Shown here: positions 51,792 through 64,000 of the stretch, one piece after another
How positions within the stretch are numbered: the first letter of the stretch is position 1
Layout of the letters: every line of letters begins with the position of its first letter
NCBI GenBank assembly: GCA_973895155.1
Contig: OZ316894.1
Span: forward strand, 15,926,699-15,990,698
From: Marsupella aquatica
Lineage: Eukaryota > Plantae > Marchantiophyta
Direction of reading: 5' to 3'
DNA length: 64,000 bases
Position numbers and translations under genes: made by a program
Notes under the pieces: generated by a model
The model's database searches: none
What the model was told of the DNA's origin: nothing
Seen by the model: only the letters and a program-made list of their open reading frames with translations

Positions 51792-52198
51792 TGTTGTTGA
51801 GAGTTCCAACATGGTGTCAAAGCCAAGATAAAGAATTTTCTTTGTAGCTAGTGTGGCTCAAGGGAGGGTGCTGGAAATGAACCTCACAACATCACTTTCT
51901 CCACAATACCATCTTCTACACAATACCATCAAATAAACAATAACATGATTGCAATGACAAAAGTGTCACACATGGGCACTGGGCTAAGCTGAATTTGTTC
52001 TTCAACTACATTTTCAGCCCAACCAGAGATGATTTTCAGGAAAGTGATGGAATCTAGGGCCTCCAGCTTTTGTTGTCATTTTGTAGTACTTCTGCCTTTC
52101 TTCTCACACTTGCCCATGCAATGTTGGTCATCAAATCTTCTGCGTCTAACCTTGGGGCCCTCTGGGTGCCGCATGGGCCACTCTCTGTATGTGGTCGC

Positions 52199-52410
52199 TC
52201 TTAATGAAATTTTCAAAAACAAATTATGTTGCAATGAAGAATGATCTTCTATGTGAACCTTACCTTTGCAACACCAGCACTTCCCCAAAGATAACACAGT
52301 TGCAAGTCATTCTTAATGAAAATTTTAAAAATGTTTCAATGTAAGATAATCTCCTATGTAGACCACACTTTTGCAACATCACCCCTCCCCAAATGATAAC
52401 AGGGTTGTAA
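52199..52410. repeat. Diverged ~112-bp tandem duplication
   Basis: TCTTAATGAAA..TTT..AAAA...TTTGCAACA..CCCCAAA..GATAACA..GTTG occurs at ~52199 and ~52311. Confidence 0.6.
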
Positions 52411-52690
52411 TGATAATTGGGCACTGTAAGGCATGGGGTAATTATGTAATTATAATGTCAGTGTTTCTTTTCTTTATTTTGTGATGGAGTTGAATGGCAA
52501 ATGCCTCAACAGTCTACCAGGGAAAACACTGAGACCCACCTAATATTCACTTATAAATATTATTAAAAATATATTACAAACATGATGGATATCCAATTGC
52601 AGCTAAGGTAGATTTGATAAATTATGCTTAATATCATTTTGCAAGGAGCTAGAGAAGGGAAGATTTTGGCAGTATTTAGCTAGTTAATGC

Positions 52691-52763
52691 TTTAGGGGTT
52701 AGGGTTAGGGTTAAGGTTAAGATTAAGGTTGTAGGGTTTAGGGTTGAAACCCTAATCCCTAAA
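52691..52763. repeat. Interstitial telomere-like repeat (TTAGGG/TTTAGGG) with a strand switch
   Basis: TTTAGGGGTTAGGGTTAGGGTTAAGGTTAAGATTAAGGTTGTAGGGTTTAGGGTTG followed by AAACCCTAATCCCTAAA. A second short patch lies at 53051-53074. Confidence 0.7.
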
Positions 52764-54516
52764 AAATCACCACGGTTTTACTACTATAGTGCCATCCTGA
52801 CTTGTGCAAAAAATAAGTTATTCTTAGAATTTTGATGCTCGCTAACACAATATTTCGAGTGTCTATTAAACCTCACGATAATTTTGTGATGTAAACATTG
52901 GCAAGATAGATTTATTTTGGATCCAGATGTATGGAGGGTCAAAACCATCATTTCCAAACATGACTTGTGTTTGAAGTTCTCAAGATAAAATAAGTTCATT
53001 TAAGTCAGAAACTTAAGCCCAGGTGGACCTCCAAGTATATGACAAATTTTGGGTTAGGATTTAGGGTTTAGGGGTGTCCAGTGTTCTTCCCAAAAGCAGC
53101 CAGTCCCACCAGATCTCTTTTCTTTTTGGTGTGAACTGGCTGAGTACATTACACACTCCATGACTATTGGAAGGGACAACAACTCAGTCTATCTGGTCTT
53201 AGTTTTCAATTAGAGAACATTGGTGATCTGAATCTCTGGAGTGTCATAATACAAAGGCGAAGCTGGATTCATTCCTCTACCAGATGCATGATGCTCTAGT
53301 TCACCCTTTGTCTGGATTCATCCAATCTCTTAACTGTGAATACCTGCATCTGGTATATACCTGGATGGCAAACAGAGAGGAGAGCCAGGATCCAGCCATA
53401 TTGCTTCATGCAATATTAGTCACATTCAACAGATCCATGCTTAGCAACCCGTGGTCGACATTTTACTCGGGTAAACAAATAAAAACCTTTATAAATCCAA
53501 TTAGTATAATGAGTATAATGTAATCCTTGAACTACCATCTTTTATAAGATTGACAAGGTAATACTATATATCACAAAATCAAAAGGTAAAACTGTCGTTG
53601 TGACAAAAACGTAATTAGAGAAATCAATTACTAATTACGTTTTGTAAGACGTAATTAGTTGAAATCTTCAGTGGTTGAATTAATTTGTTACTCATATCAC
53701 ATGGGATGTTTTGACTTAGAATCAACCTGTGAGCCCTTGGGCATATAGCCAGAACACGTTCTTGGTGTTATCATCATACTCAAATCATTGTCCAGGTACT
53801 GCACATCAAAATGCAGCAGAGGCTATTTTGAACAACACTCACTCATGTAAAAGAACAATTATGTAAACGAGCAATTGGGTTGGGGAAATTTGTCCAATGT
53901 CACGGCGCAGCCTACCTAGCTACTTCGAATGAACAAGGGTCACTCATATATAAGAACAATTGGGTTTGGAGCATCCCGAGCAGATCAATGCAGCCACCTT
54001 GGGTTTATGATAGTATGGAGAATTGGTCCAATGTGTCCTCGTTCTTGGTAAAGGCATAACGAACTGAAAATAGCAAATAAAAAGGCAGCTGCCTACAATC
54101 TACCTTGTTAAGTACAAAGAAGAGCACTAATTGATATAACAGAACAGTCAGGTGTATGATAATGATGAAAATTGGTTCAATGTCAGAGCAAATGCCAAGG
54201 TTCAGTAGCAATAACAACGGTTAATGCTGTTAAAAATCTATCAGGTTAATGATAATATAGAAAATTGGTCGAATGTGTGAGCAAATGCCAAGTGCTGCTT
54301 TTCAATGTGCAATTACCAGAAAGGTGAACTACGGAGAGCAAGGAATCCTGATGGACGATGTGGCAGAGGAAAGGGCCCAAAAGGTAGGTGAATTGGGAGC
54401 AAGGTTTCCATCTGCATATAAATGGTAACGGCTGAACTATGGAGAGAAAGGAGATCCGGTTAACGATTTGACAGAGGAAAGGTCCGAAAGGAAGGAGAGC
54501 TGCAGCAACTGGCAAT

Positions 54517-54840
54517 ATGGCAGAGATCGGGGAAATCTCCGAGGCGGAGTTGGGCAAGTATGATGGTATCTCTACTGAGTTACCACTGCTCGTTGCGATT
54601 AAGGGGAGAATTTTCGATGTGTCAAAGAGCAGGGATTTCTATGGGCCTGGTGGACCGTATGCGGCCTTCGCCGGAAAGGATGCGAGCAGGGCGTTGGCGA
54701 AAATGTCAACTAAATCGGAAGACGTCAGTTCCTCGCTGGACGGCTTGAGTCAGAAGGAGATTGGAGTGCTTGACAACTGGGAAGCGAAGTTCGTCGCTAA
54801 GTACCCAGTGGTTGGCTCTGTAGTTGCATCCACCAGCTAG
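54517..54840 (+). CDS. MAPR: Cytochrome b5-like heme/steroid-binding protein (short soluble MAPR, At MAPR2/MP3-like), intronless
   Basis: 107 aa with YDG..LLVAIKGRIFDVS, FYGPGGPYAAFAGKDASRALAKMS and LDNWEAKFVAKYPVVG. No N-terminal transmembrane helix. Confidence 0.93.
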   Translation: MAEIGEISEAELGKYDGISTELPLLVAIKGRIFDVSKSRDFYGPGGPYAAFAGKDASRALAKMSTKSEDVSSSLDGLSQKEIGVLDNWEAKFVAKYPVVGSVVASTS

Positions 54841-56032
54841 GATTCGTAAAGTTTTAGATCTGCGGTCACCGAAGCTGACCAGCTCGCTCCTCGCTTTCAT
54901 CTCTGTCGTTAGAAGGATCCATTTTCCGGGCGAGTTTTTGCTGGCCTTAGCCGCTTGAGAAGCACTGTCCGTGGGAGTAATATGGAATACATGTTGGGAG
55001 TCAGTTCCCAAACTTAGGGCTGGGTATTGAGAGTTGGACAAATGGCCGGGCGCAGTGGATCAGAGCTGGGATCGGTGTGGTGAGGCTGGCAATGTGATGT
55101 TTTCTTGACGAAGGCCATCTGATGTTTACTCTGCAAGTATAGGGTATGCCTATTCTCGTCATTGGCTGTAACTGTCTTCTAGTCTCGTCGAATGAAATAA
55201 TAAACCCCTGTGGAATGTTTAACAAGCGCGTAATTATGCTATCGATGCTACATCTTTTTCAAATGAAAAGAATTTTTCCATGGCATGTTTGAGCAAGGAC
55301 ATAACTACGCTTCATAAACTAGCTGCGTTTGTAGTACAGTTCGTACCCTTTGAATTTTGTTGACGACAGCTTTGAGCAGAAATACAATAGTCAGTCTTCA
55401 ATACACAAGGACAGACTTGGTTGAAGTGGTGGGCTGCATAACTTCAGCTCCTGCCAAACTTTGCTTCCTATGGTATAGACCAAATGAAGGCGAACAGGAT
55501 TATCACATCAGCTTCATCAATGACACAGCAAAGTGGGCTAACATCAAAATTTCAAGACTAGTCCCTTCCATCAATCTCCTTCGATCCTTTAAACTTCCAT
55601 GAAGTCTACTGCACATCAAAACCAACGACATGCATTTTCACACATAAGGTCGCGGAACAGAAGAAATTCCAGCAAAGAGGTACATACAACACCTGGTACC
55701 TGATTTGATTAGTTGATGAAGAAGATGCCCAAATGCAAGACAGAAACAGAGGAGGCACTAGACAACGGGGCAGGGCCCAGAAAAGATAGCAGTATGCGCT
55801 TGACTTGATCTCAAGTTAAACAAGGAAAACCTTGACTAGATCCCACGCTAATCAAGGAATAATCGTATGTACAAAAGAAGAACCAGTAGTGTACACTGTC
55901 CTAAAAAGAAACTGAGCCAGGAATTATTTGAGAAGAGTTCTTTGTGGTTTGCCCCGATTCTTGACAAGCTTGAATCAAGTCCTTCGCTGTGGGTCCCATG
56001 TCAGTCTACTGAGATGGTAGAGTAGCAACCGC

Positions 56033-59000
56033 CTAGCTCCCAGCAGCTTTGACGCCAAAATTGTTCGGATTTATGGTAACACTCTTCGTACAATTTTCAG
56101 TTTTGTAAATCCCTATTAATCTGTCCGCCAACTCGAACATGTTATTTCGTAAGCTGCCAGGCATGAACAATTCACTTGCGGATCAAAAACCATATCGGAT
56201 ACTAGTTTTAGCAGAGCACAAGTCCATCTATCTTTCCTTCATATCCAAGCAGGAAAAGCGCAAAAGCTTGCAGATTCCTGCATATTAGAGATTCCCCATC
56301 TCTAATATTGACTCAAATTGAAAGAAATCTGGAGTAACTGAGTCGAGCTCCAACACCACAAGGCTATCCATGTACGTAGAAGAACGGTGCCTTTGAGATA
56401 TCACAGTGGAATACGAAGCTAAGAGAAAAACAGGAGGGCCAAAAAATGTTACACAGATAGCGCATCAGTTTAAACCCCTGCGAGACAACCCCAGAACCAA
56501 CAAAAACGAAGACTGAAAAGTCGAAGTATACTGAGTTCTTCACCTGATTATCACAAACTGGGCGTTTTTGGTGCGATCCTTGATGTAGTGACCAATGATC
56601 GATACGTTTTTAAAATCTAATGCATGCACACCAAGAATGGTCATTTGTTGAGTGTCAACATCAAGTGCTAGAAAATGGAATGAATGTCAGACGTTCCCGA
56701 TATCTATTGATAGATATCATTGTCGGGGTCATGCAAAGTTGCAGGATGAACCCAACAGCCTCTATCCCGTTGTGGCCCTAAGTCTGAAAGTTGAGACATT
56801 GCGGGATTTTTTAGAAAACTTTCAACACGGTGATCGAGGGACTTGGTGCCTTACCAAGAGCAGCATCAATTTCGTCCATCACATACAGGGGGGTCGGCTT
56901 GTAGTGATGTAGTGCAAATACCAGAGCAAGAGAGCTAAGCGTCTGTGAGGGCACAAGTCACGTATTAAACTTGAATTTGCAGTCTTATGTTGTCTCAGGA
57001 TTACACATAGCACTTCATCAGGAATGAATAGTGACGGACTTATATGGTTAACGCTACAGTTGCTGATTTTCACTCTATCTAGATATGAACTCAATCGACA
57101 GAACTCGGTTTGGAATTGGGAGCCAACAGGTTCACAGAGGGCTGACGCCGTACCTTCTCACCACCGGAAAGGTTAGCAATATTCTTCCAACTTTTCTTCG
57201 GTGGTCGTACACTGAATACAACACCTTCTGCAAACGGATCCAACGAATCGACGAGTTCGAGTTCCGCATCCCCACCCAAAGTAATCATCTGGGGAAAACC
57301 ACAACAATCACAGAAACTGTCAAACATTGTAGATAGTCTCTTCGTAGCGATGACAACCCAATACGTCACGAGTACAAAAAAGCTCGCAATTAACACTCGA
57401 TTTTAATACAGTCATCACAACAGAGTAATGCTAAGCAAGTTCAATAATTGGGTCTCGAACTCATAGCAACCTGGGCCATGAAAAAGATCTCGAGATTGAG
57501 ATCCCAGACCTCCATCTTACCTGATACATTTCTTTCAATTTCAGAGAAATGGAATTGAAACCAGCCATGAAGTCATCCAACCTGTGCAGTACAAGCGACG
57601 CCGTGTAGATTTATTAGAGATTCTCTCTACGCCCCAATCTAGAATTTTCTTTCCCGATCAGTATAGTATTTCAATGCAATTGAAACCACCGAACGCCAGA
57701 ACCACGATAAAGACTGATCTTCAGCATGTGCTCAGTATAAATCACCACAACATACCTTCGCTTACGCAATTCGTCGTATTGCCTCTTCGCGTCATCCCGT
57801 TCCACTGTGACGAGGTTGAGCTCTCTAACACGCTCGTCATACTGCGTGGCCTTTGCCCAATACCTTCACGAACACCATATCCAGAGATTCGATGATGAGA
57901 CAGGAGACATGATCATTAGGCGCGATATAAATTACATGAGGTAGGAAGACGAGACGTTCTTCAATACAACTAGATCCGACCTTAAAGTGAAATGTAGTCT
58001 GGAAGTCCTGTTTGTTAGATTATCGCAACTCTGATTGGGCAAAGGAAACGCACGACCGAAATAGCAGTACCGGGAGAATGTAAGAAACATGACAGCAAAA
58101 TAATACGGATAGATAATCTCTTTTGACCTAGCAAGAAATCTTACTCGGCTATAGCATCCAGGGTAGGGCTCAGCTCCTTCAATTGGTTTGTGAGCAAATC
58201 AACATGTTGTTTTGCGGTGCGAAGATCGCAATCAGCAGGCTGTTCCATCGCCGAAGCTAACAATTCGACGTCGATTCTTTCTTTGTGGACTCTATCATGG
58301 ACAAGACAAACACAAGATTGACGAGTTGTTGCGCTTAGTCAGCGTTATGCAGAGTCTCTAGGAGTCTACACTCTTACACTAGGAAAACGAAAATCTGGGG
58401 AAATATTCTGTACAGGTTTATTCCCGTCGGTTGGCGAAACACAGTGACCAACGGAAAGACAAATGTCAACGTTTGGGTTGAATGGTGACTTACTGTGCAA
58501 TGTGTTTCCGGAGTTTCTCTTTAAAATCTACTGACTTGTGTACCAAATCCTTCAGCCTCCGATCTTTCTCGTCAGCTTGTCTCTTCAGATCAAGCAGTTT
58601 ATTTTGGGCATCCACCTGCCGTTCGTAGCGACAATTATCGAACAGTGAATGATGACTTGAGAATTCTTGCGAAGCTGAACAAAGTGTAGGAAGGCAGGCC
58701 ATGAACCTAAAGATAGTTCTATCACACTTGCCTCGTCAGTTCTTAGTTTGTTGACTTTCATTTGGAGATCTTTGTACGTCTTTTTTATTTCTTCCACCTT
58801 TGTCGTCTGCATATCAAATATCTGTACAATGTGCATCCCACGCAGAATACAAAACTCAGCACTCATTGGGAACGGATGGTCATCCATATTTACCGTCAAA
58901 CTAATGTGGGATTGAACTCGGAAAGATCTGGTGCATTTTTCCTTAGCGGCTGGAAGAAGACAGAATGTAAGGGGTCTTTTTCGAGGACATTTAGAAGATG

Positions 59001-62000
59001 GGCTACCTCTTGGACTTTGGTATACTCCCCCTGCAGCTCAAAAGCTTTGCTCTCGATGTCCTTGAACTCCGCTATCTTCCGCTCTTTCTCCTCCAGACCC
59101 TTGGCTCTCTCGGCGCACGTTGTTTCGATGTTCGTTTTCAGACTGAGAAGTGATTTGGTGCCAGTTGTAATCTGGACCTTTTTCTTGTTGATTGAAGAAG
59201 ATTTTTGGTCGATTTCCTGTACTTAAAACAGATTGTCTCAGGATTTCTGCAAAACCGATTGTACTCAAGATTGCAGATAAATGGGCAGCATATACACGGG
59301 ACACCGTCGAATGTCAATATTAAATATTTGAACAGATCGCTAAACTATCAAACAGAACCTTTTGAAGCTTGTCGACTACGGCTTTCAGCTGCTTGAGTTT
59401 CTCTCCGCCCGCATTTTCCATTTTCTCTTGGAGTTCTTTCGCCTGCAAAGGAAAGACAATTTCCAACTGTGAGGGGAAAGTCTTGAGACATAACCAAAAA
59501 TATAACTGTGCACGTGATGGGCCCAAGACCGAACAGATTTCGAAGCTACAATCATGCCCATTAATGTAAGCGAGCCTGCTAATAACCTGCTCACGTAGCT
59601 TTGTCGAGCTTCTCTCAATTTTTTCAAGCTTCGCTTGTTCCTTAGCAACGGACTGATCGAGTTCTTGAATTCTTTCTAGTTCATCTGGTTTAGGCTGTGC
59701 TGCTATCTTCAGATCACCCAGCTGTGCTGCTGTTTCCTTTTGCTGAAGAATCAAGGCTTCCACCTGTGGAGAGATAAAACGAGGCACCACTGTGAGAATA
59801 TGGTCTGTAGACTAAATGGGAGTGAAGGGTCTGCAAGAGGCCTTTTCTGAACTCGGTAAAATCTGAACTTCTCATGACCAAGGAGAGCCCATCCTTGGTT
59901 GCTATGATACAAATATGTCAAGTTGTTCAGCTCACCTCCATGCGAGTCTTCGCAAACTCCAATTCCAAGTGAGCGACTGCCTTTTCTGCTGCTTGATACC
60001 GTGACATAGCTGCATTCATTCTCTCGCGATTAGCATTGAGCTCGCTAGTCAAGCGGGAGGACTCGGATTCTGCATTTTGAATTGCCTCTCCCGAGACAGC
60101 AACCTCTCGGATAGTCGAGCCCATCCTCCCACCTTTGGGCTTTCCCCCTCCGCCACTCATTGTACCAGACCTTTCAAACAAAGCTCCATCCAGAGTCACC
60201 ACACGTCGAAACTCTCGATCAGGACCGTAAGCAATTCTTGTAGCCTGAAACAGAATTCAGCGCATTGAGTAGATATATTTTCAGGTATAATGTGATTGCA
60301 AGGCTCCGTCATCTCAGAGCAGTTTTATAGTCTTTTAAAATACCATCCAAGCGAGTAATACTCGGCGACTCCCAACGAGTTCTCTCGTTAGACAAGTTGA
60401 ACACAGCGAATACATCAATCCTGAGCAAGGAAGCTATAGCCCAGTGCTCTGAGAGACTCGGAAGATGGACAATCAAATGCAGATATGCCCTACACAGTCT
60501 GCGAAATGGGGTCCCCTCAGCAGGCGTGCTCGATGGGCGGTACCTGGTCGAGGTTGCTGGCGACCACCGTGTTGCCAATGGCATAGTAAAATGCAACACG
60601 CAATTGATCATCCCGTACTTTGACCAGATCAAACAGTCGTGGAACTCCTTCCGGAGTTTGAATTCGCTGTTTCATGATGGGGATGAGTTCCTTTTGCTTA
60701 TCCTGAAATTGTAGTGACATCTTAGTACGTATCTGTTGCAATCAACTCTCGTTCTAATCCATACTTGTACCTGCCCTGAATAAGATCTGTGGGTTATGAA
60801 AAAAATTATTTTCTAGTCTCACTTTAAAGATATTCTTCCATGTCTTTTCCTTCAGAAAAGTTTTTCGAAAGGAAGTCGACAAGATCAACTCGGCGATAAA
60901 CTGGTGCTCGCTTCTTCGAAACGTACCAGTATTAAGAAGGTTGCAACTCCGAGGCCCTTGGTCCGAAGAAGTTCAACACAAGCTTGCGCAGCCGCAGTCG
61001 TTTCGACGACGATGTAGTCCAAGCCTCCACAAGCAGTTGAGATTGCAACATCGTACTTTGCTGCAGAAAGTGATCAAACAGACCGTCAATGGAATGCCAT
61101 CTTGCGAGGTTACTGACGAGCTGACAGGACTTCTTAAAGCTTCAACAGACGTCTCTCAGTCGAACCTGGCTTATGTGCATTACAAGCTCCCACGTACACA
61201 CAAGACAGACTTACTGACCGGGGATGGACAACAATATGCGTGTCAGGAAACCAAATAAGAACTATATGGGAAAGTGAAGTCACCATCTATTGCGCCGAGG
61301 TCTCCGAGTCGGCCATATATTCCTTCAATCGATCCAGATTCTTTGGCTTGTATGATAGCATGTAATAAAGCTCCTTCACTTTTTTCATTCTCTACAGATT
61401 TGCGCAATTCATTGACTTTCTGTCGCGCTGCTTGTTCCTGGGTTGAAAGAGCTCCTTCCTCTTTTAGGCAAACCTGTCACCAGGATAATGTTCAAGTAAG
61501 GTATTACTATTTCACTCAGGTACTTGACAATAAATAGCCGGAAGGCTAATGAGCCGTGAACATTCGATCGACTGCATCGTTATGATGAGAGGTAAAAAAA
61601 CACAACCAAGTCAACGAACTAATCGATACTGTGTGGAGGGACTTTGGACGCGATTAATTTCTTACCTGCTCTTCTTCACGACCGCTTGCTGCAAGAGTCC
61701 CATTTTTTTGTAGGGCATCAGTCAGATTCTTGAGCTCTTCTTCCTTCCTCAAAAGAGTCTGCTTGATTGTCTCTATACTGTCACAAGCTTGCTTGTACGA
61801 TGCTTGAATTGCCAAATGCTGAAGACGACACCGACGTAAATACGCCGCAAAATTAGTCAATATACCCCCAACATATCCTAACCATAATAATGCTGATGAC
61901 GGATCGTAATCCTTCAACGTCAAGGTAACTGTGCAGCCGTGATTGGACAAAAATAAGAATAAGTCTACATCCTTCACCTACTTCACCGACCTTCTCTTTC

Positions 62001-63993
62001 AGCAGCTTGCTCTCAGAACTGTGAGTACCCATTACCCCTTCACACTCAATAATCTGCTTCTCCCAGGGCTCGAGCTCAACACGGACGAAGGCCAGCCGTT
62101 CACGATACTTTTCGACTTCAACTGCGAAGAAAATAGCATAGCTCATGAGGTTCAATCTAAGAAGGTTCACGAGAGTGGCTACGAGGGAATTGACAAGAAT
62201 TACGATAAGTACGTTTGGAATATTCGATGGTACAGCAGAAAGTTGAATGGGCAAAGCAACGAAAAGCCAGGGGAATCTCCGCAATTCGACAGGAAATTCA
62301 CCATCACAAACCATCAAAAAACTTGCTACAATTACTACAGCAATGGCAGTGTTTAATTTCAAGCCAAGGGGATTATGCATCGCTCACTTTCTTTACTTGT
62401 AAGCATCCTCACATTACCAACAACGTTTAACGCGGGCAGGGGTATGGGCTCACCCTTTGAACTTTCTCTAATTTGGTCCAACTTTTTCTCCTCCTGAATC
62501 AGTTTAATGTTCAAGTTGTAGGTATCTTCCTCTAGGTTTGGTATTGCAGTTTGACATCCTTCGGTCTCCACTTCCAATTCTTCAACCTTCGCTGTGTCCT
62601 GAAAACAGAAATTCGAATACATGGAGTTCGATGCTCACTGTGGTAACGCAGAATGAGGAAGCGGGAACTAGTTAACAGGACTAGACCCTGAAGCAGCCTG
62701 GAGTCTCGATGTTTGGCAAAGACTAGTGGATCAGACAGTGTCGTGAAGACACGAGAGAACTAAAAGAATATGCAAGAGAAACAGCTATTATTCTGATCTA
62801 AATTGCACCTCATTGACGATTGAAACTTATGGCGCCTGACCTTGGTAATTTTTTCATCGAGCTTCTTGAGTTTCTGCTTCAGATGTTTGAGATCTTCCCG
62901 ATATTTTGTATCTTGCCTCTCGAACTTTTTGAACTTCTCTTCGCATGCTTTCAGGTCCGTCTCCACCTTCTAGTAACAGTGGGCGGAGAAAGTCTAAGAA
63001 CGCCGAAACAAGATGGCATAGAGCAGAATGCCCGAGCTCAACAAGTTACTCGACAACGGCTACGACTTGGACATTTCGGTGTGCGCTAGCGATACACAGA
63101 ATTCAGCGTTGAGAGCTTAGTCTGAGCTCCAGCGGGTTGATCGTAAGGTACCTCTCTCCGTTTCATCTGCTCGTTGAAGGTGGCCTCCGCCTCCAGCATA
63201 TCCTTCGAGGAAATTTCAAAATTTTGCCTGGGTCCGCAAAAGAAATCTATTGGAATTATGTAAAATTAAAAACAAATTCAGGTAATACGAAAATCCCTCG
63301 GCCAGAGTTGGTGAAATTATCGTAAGTAGACATAATTGATACGGCAATTGGTCTTACCGTTCAGTCGAGACCTTTGCCTCAAGCTCGGACACTAGCTCCT
63401 TCACAAGCACAGCGTTCATACTGGCTTCCTCATGCGCCAAGTCGGTCGTTTTCACTTGCCATTTCAAAAGCTCTGCTTCTTTCAGCATGTATGCTTCTGC
63501 CTGGTCCTTCGCACCCTGCACCCTCCTTGGCGAAGCGAATTTTCAGATGTTGCATCGAACGGGAGAAATGCTATTATTGAACTCACAGGTTGCTCGGCAT
63601 TGAACAGAAATTAGATACCTGAAGCCCGTCTTTCTCTGTCTCCGATACTTTCACCCTCTGTACCACACTGAACCTTTTCTCATTTAAAGCTTCGAGCCTG
63701 AATCACAAATCGATTTGTGCACTATCAAATCAAAGCAGGATCCACGGACTTTAAGGCTGATTAAACAGAACCACGTTCCAGAGCTCGGGAAGTGAGAAAA
63801 ATTGAACAACCTCCTGACATTAGACAAACGCATTGACGAACGTGGTACGATACGTTACTTACTGTTTATTCATCTCCTCTATTCTCTCGACGTATACGTT
63901 GGATCCTATGATATCCTCCAGATATTCAAGAAATCCTTCGTCATTCGAATTTTGGCCCCTAGGCTTCATTAACGATATTTGTTCCACCTCACC
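56033..63993 (-). CDS. SMC4: Structural maintenance of chromosomes protein 4 (condensin subunit); 5' exons lie beyond the window end
   Basis: 24 exons in transcription order: 63863-63993, 63619-63697, 63358-63515, 63152-63227, 62841-62969, 62454-62598, 61991-62121, 61666-61818, 61284-61473, 60927-61060, 60544-60702, 59936-60244, 59587-59763, 59359-59442, 59007-59216, 58732-58821, 58494-58615, 58145-58291, 57756-57863, 57521-57581, 57154-57288, 56855-56942, 56544-56616, 56033-56153. Motifs: [11 protein letters not shown], hinge [13 protein letters not shown] and [37 protein letters not shown], signature LSGGEKTLSSLAL, Walker [29 protein letters not shown]. Stop TAG at 56035-56033. Confidence 0.97.
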
Positions 63994-64000
63994 CTGAGGA

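Larger units (their letters stand above)
51375..51886 (+). mobile_element. Non-autonomous miniature LTR retrotransposon (TRIM) remnant with a tRNA-like sequence in its LTR
   Basis: LTR end ...TTCCAACA (51804-51811); PBS TGGTGTCAAAGCCA (51812-51825, 12/14 match to the tRNA-iMet PBS TGGTATCAGAGCCA); PPT AAGGGAGGG (51860-51868); second-LTR start TGCTGGAAATGAACCTC (51869 onward). The left boundary is uncertain. Confidence 0.7.

Overview
Intron-rich nuclear DNA from a land plant with flagellated sperm (probably a bryophyte such as a liverwort; inferred from gene content, not verified). It holds five protein-coding genes. (1) A DNAH1/DHC2-type inner-arm axonemal dynein heavy chain on the - strand, ATG at 32471, 52 exons traced, running off the left edge. 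(2) A 6-phosphogluconate dehydrogenase with an intronless CDS (40410-41891, +). (3) Plastid ribosome-binding factor PSRP1 (47681-50620, +, 5 exons). (4) A small MAPR/cytochrome-b5-like heme/steroid-binding protein (54517-54840, +). (5) The 3' 24 exons of condensin subunit SMC4 (-, stop at 56033, 5' part beyond the right edge). Intergenic DNA carries tandem, inverted and telomere-like repeats and decayed TE pieces. Three observations stand out: a miniature LTR retroelement (LTR end, tRNA-iMet PBS, ~57-bp internal region, PPT) whose LTR carries an anticodon-less tRNA-derived Pol III promoter (~51.4-51.9 kb); an upstream AUG that would give 6PGD a 67-aa transit-peptide-like extension if an A9 run were read as A8; and an extreme phase-0 intron bias in the dynein gene (38 of the last 39 introns). 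All splice models were made by eye.
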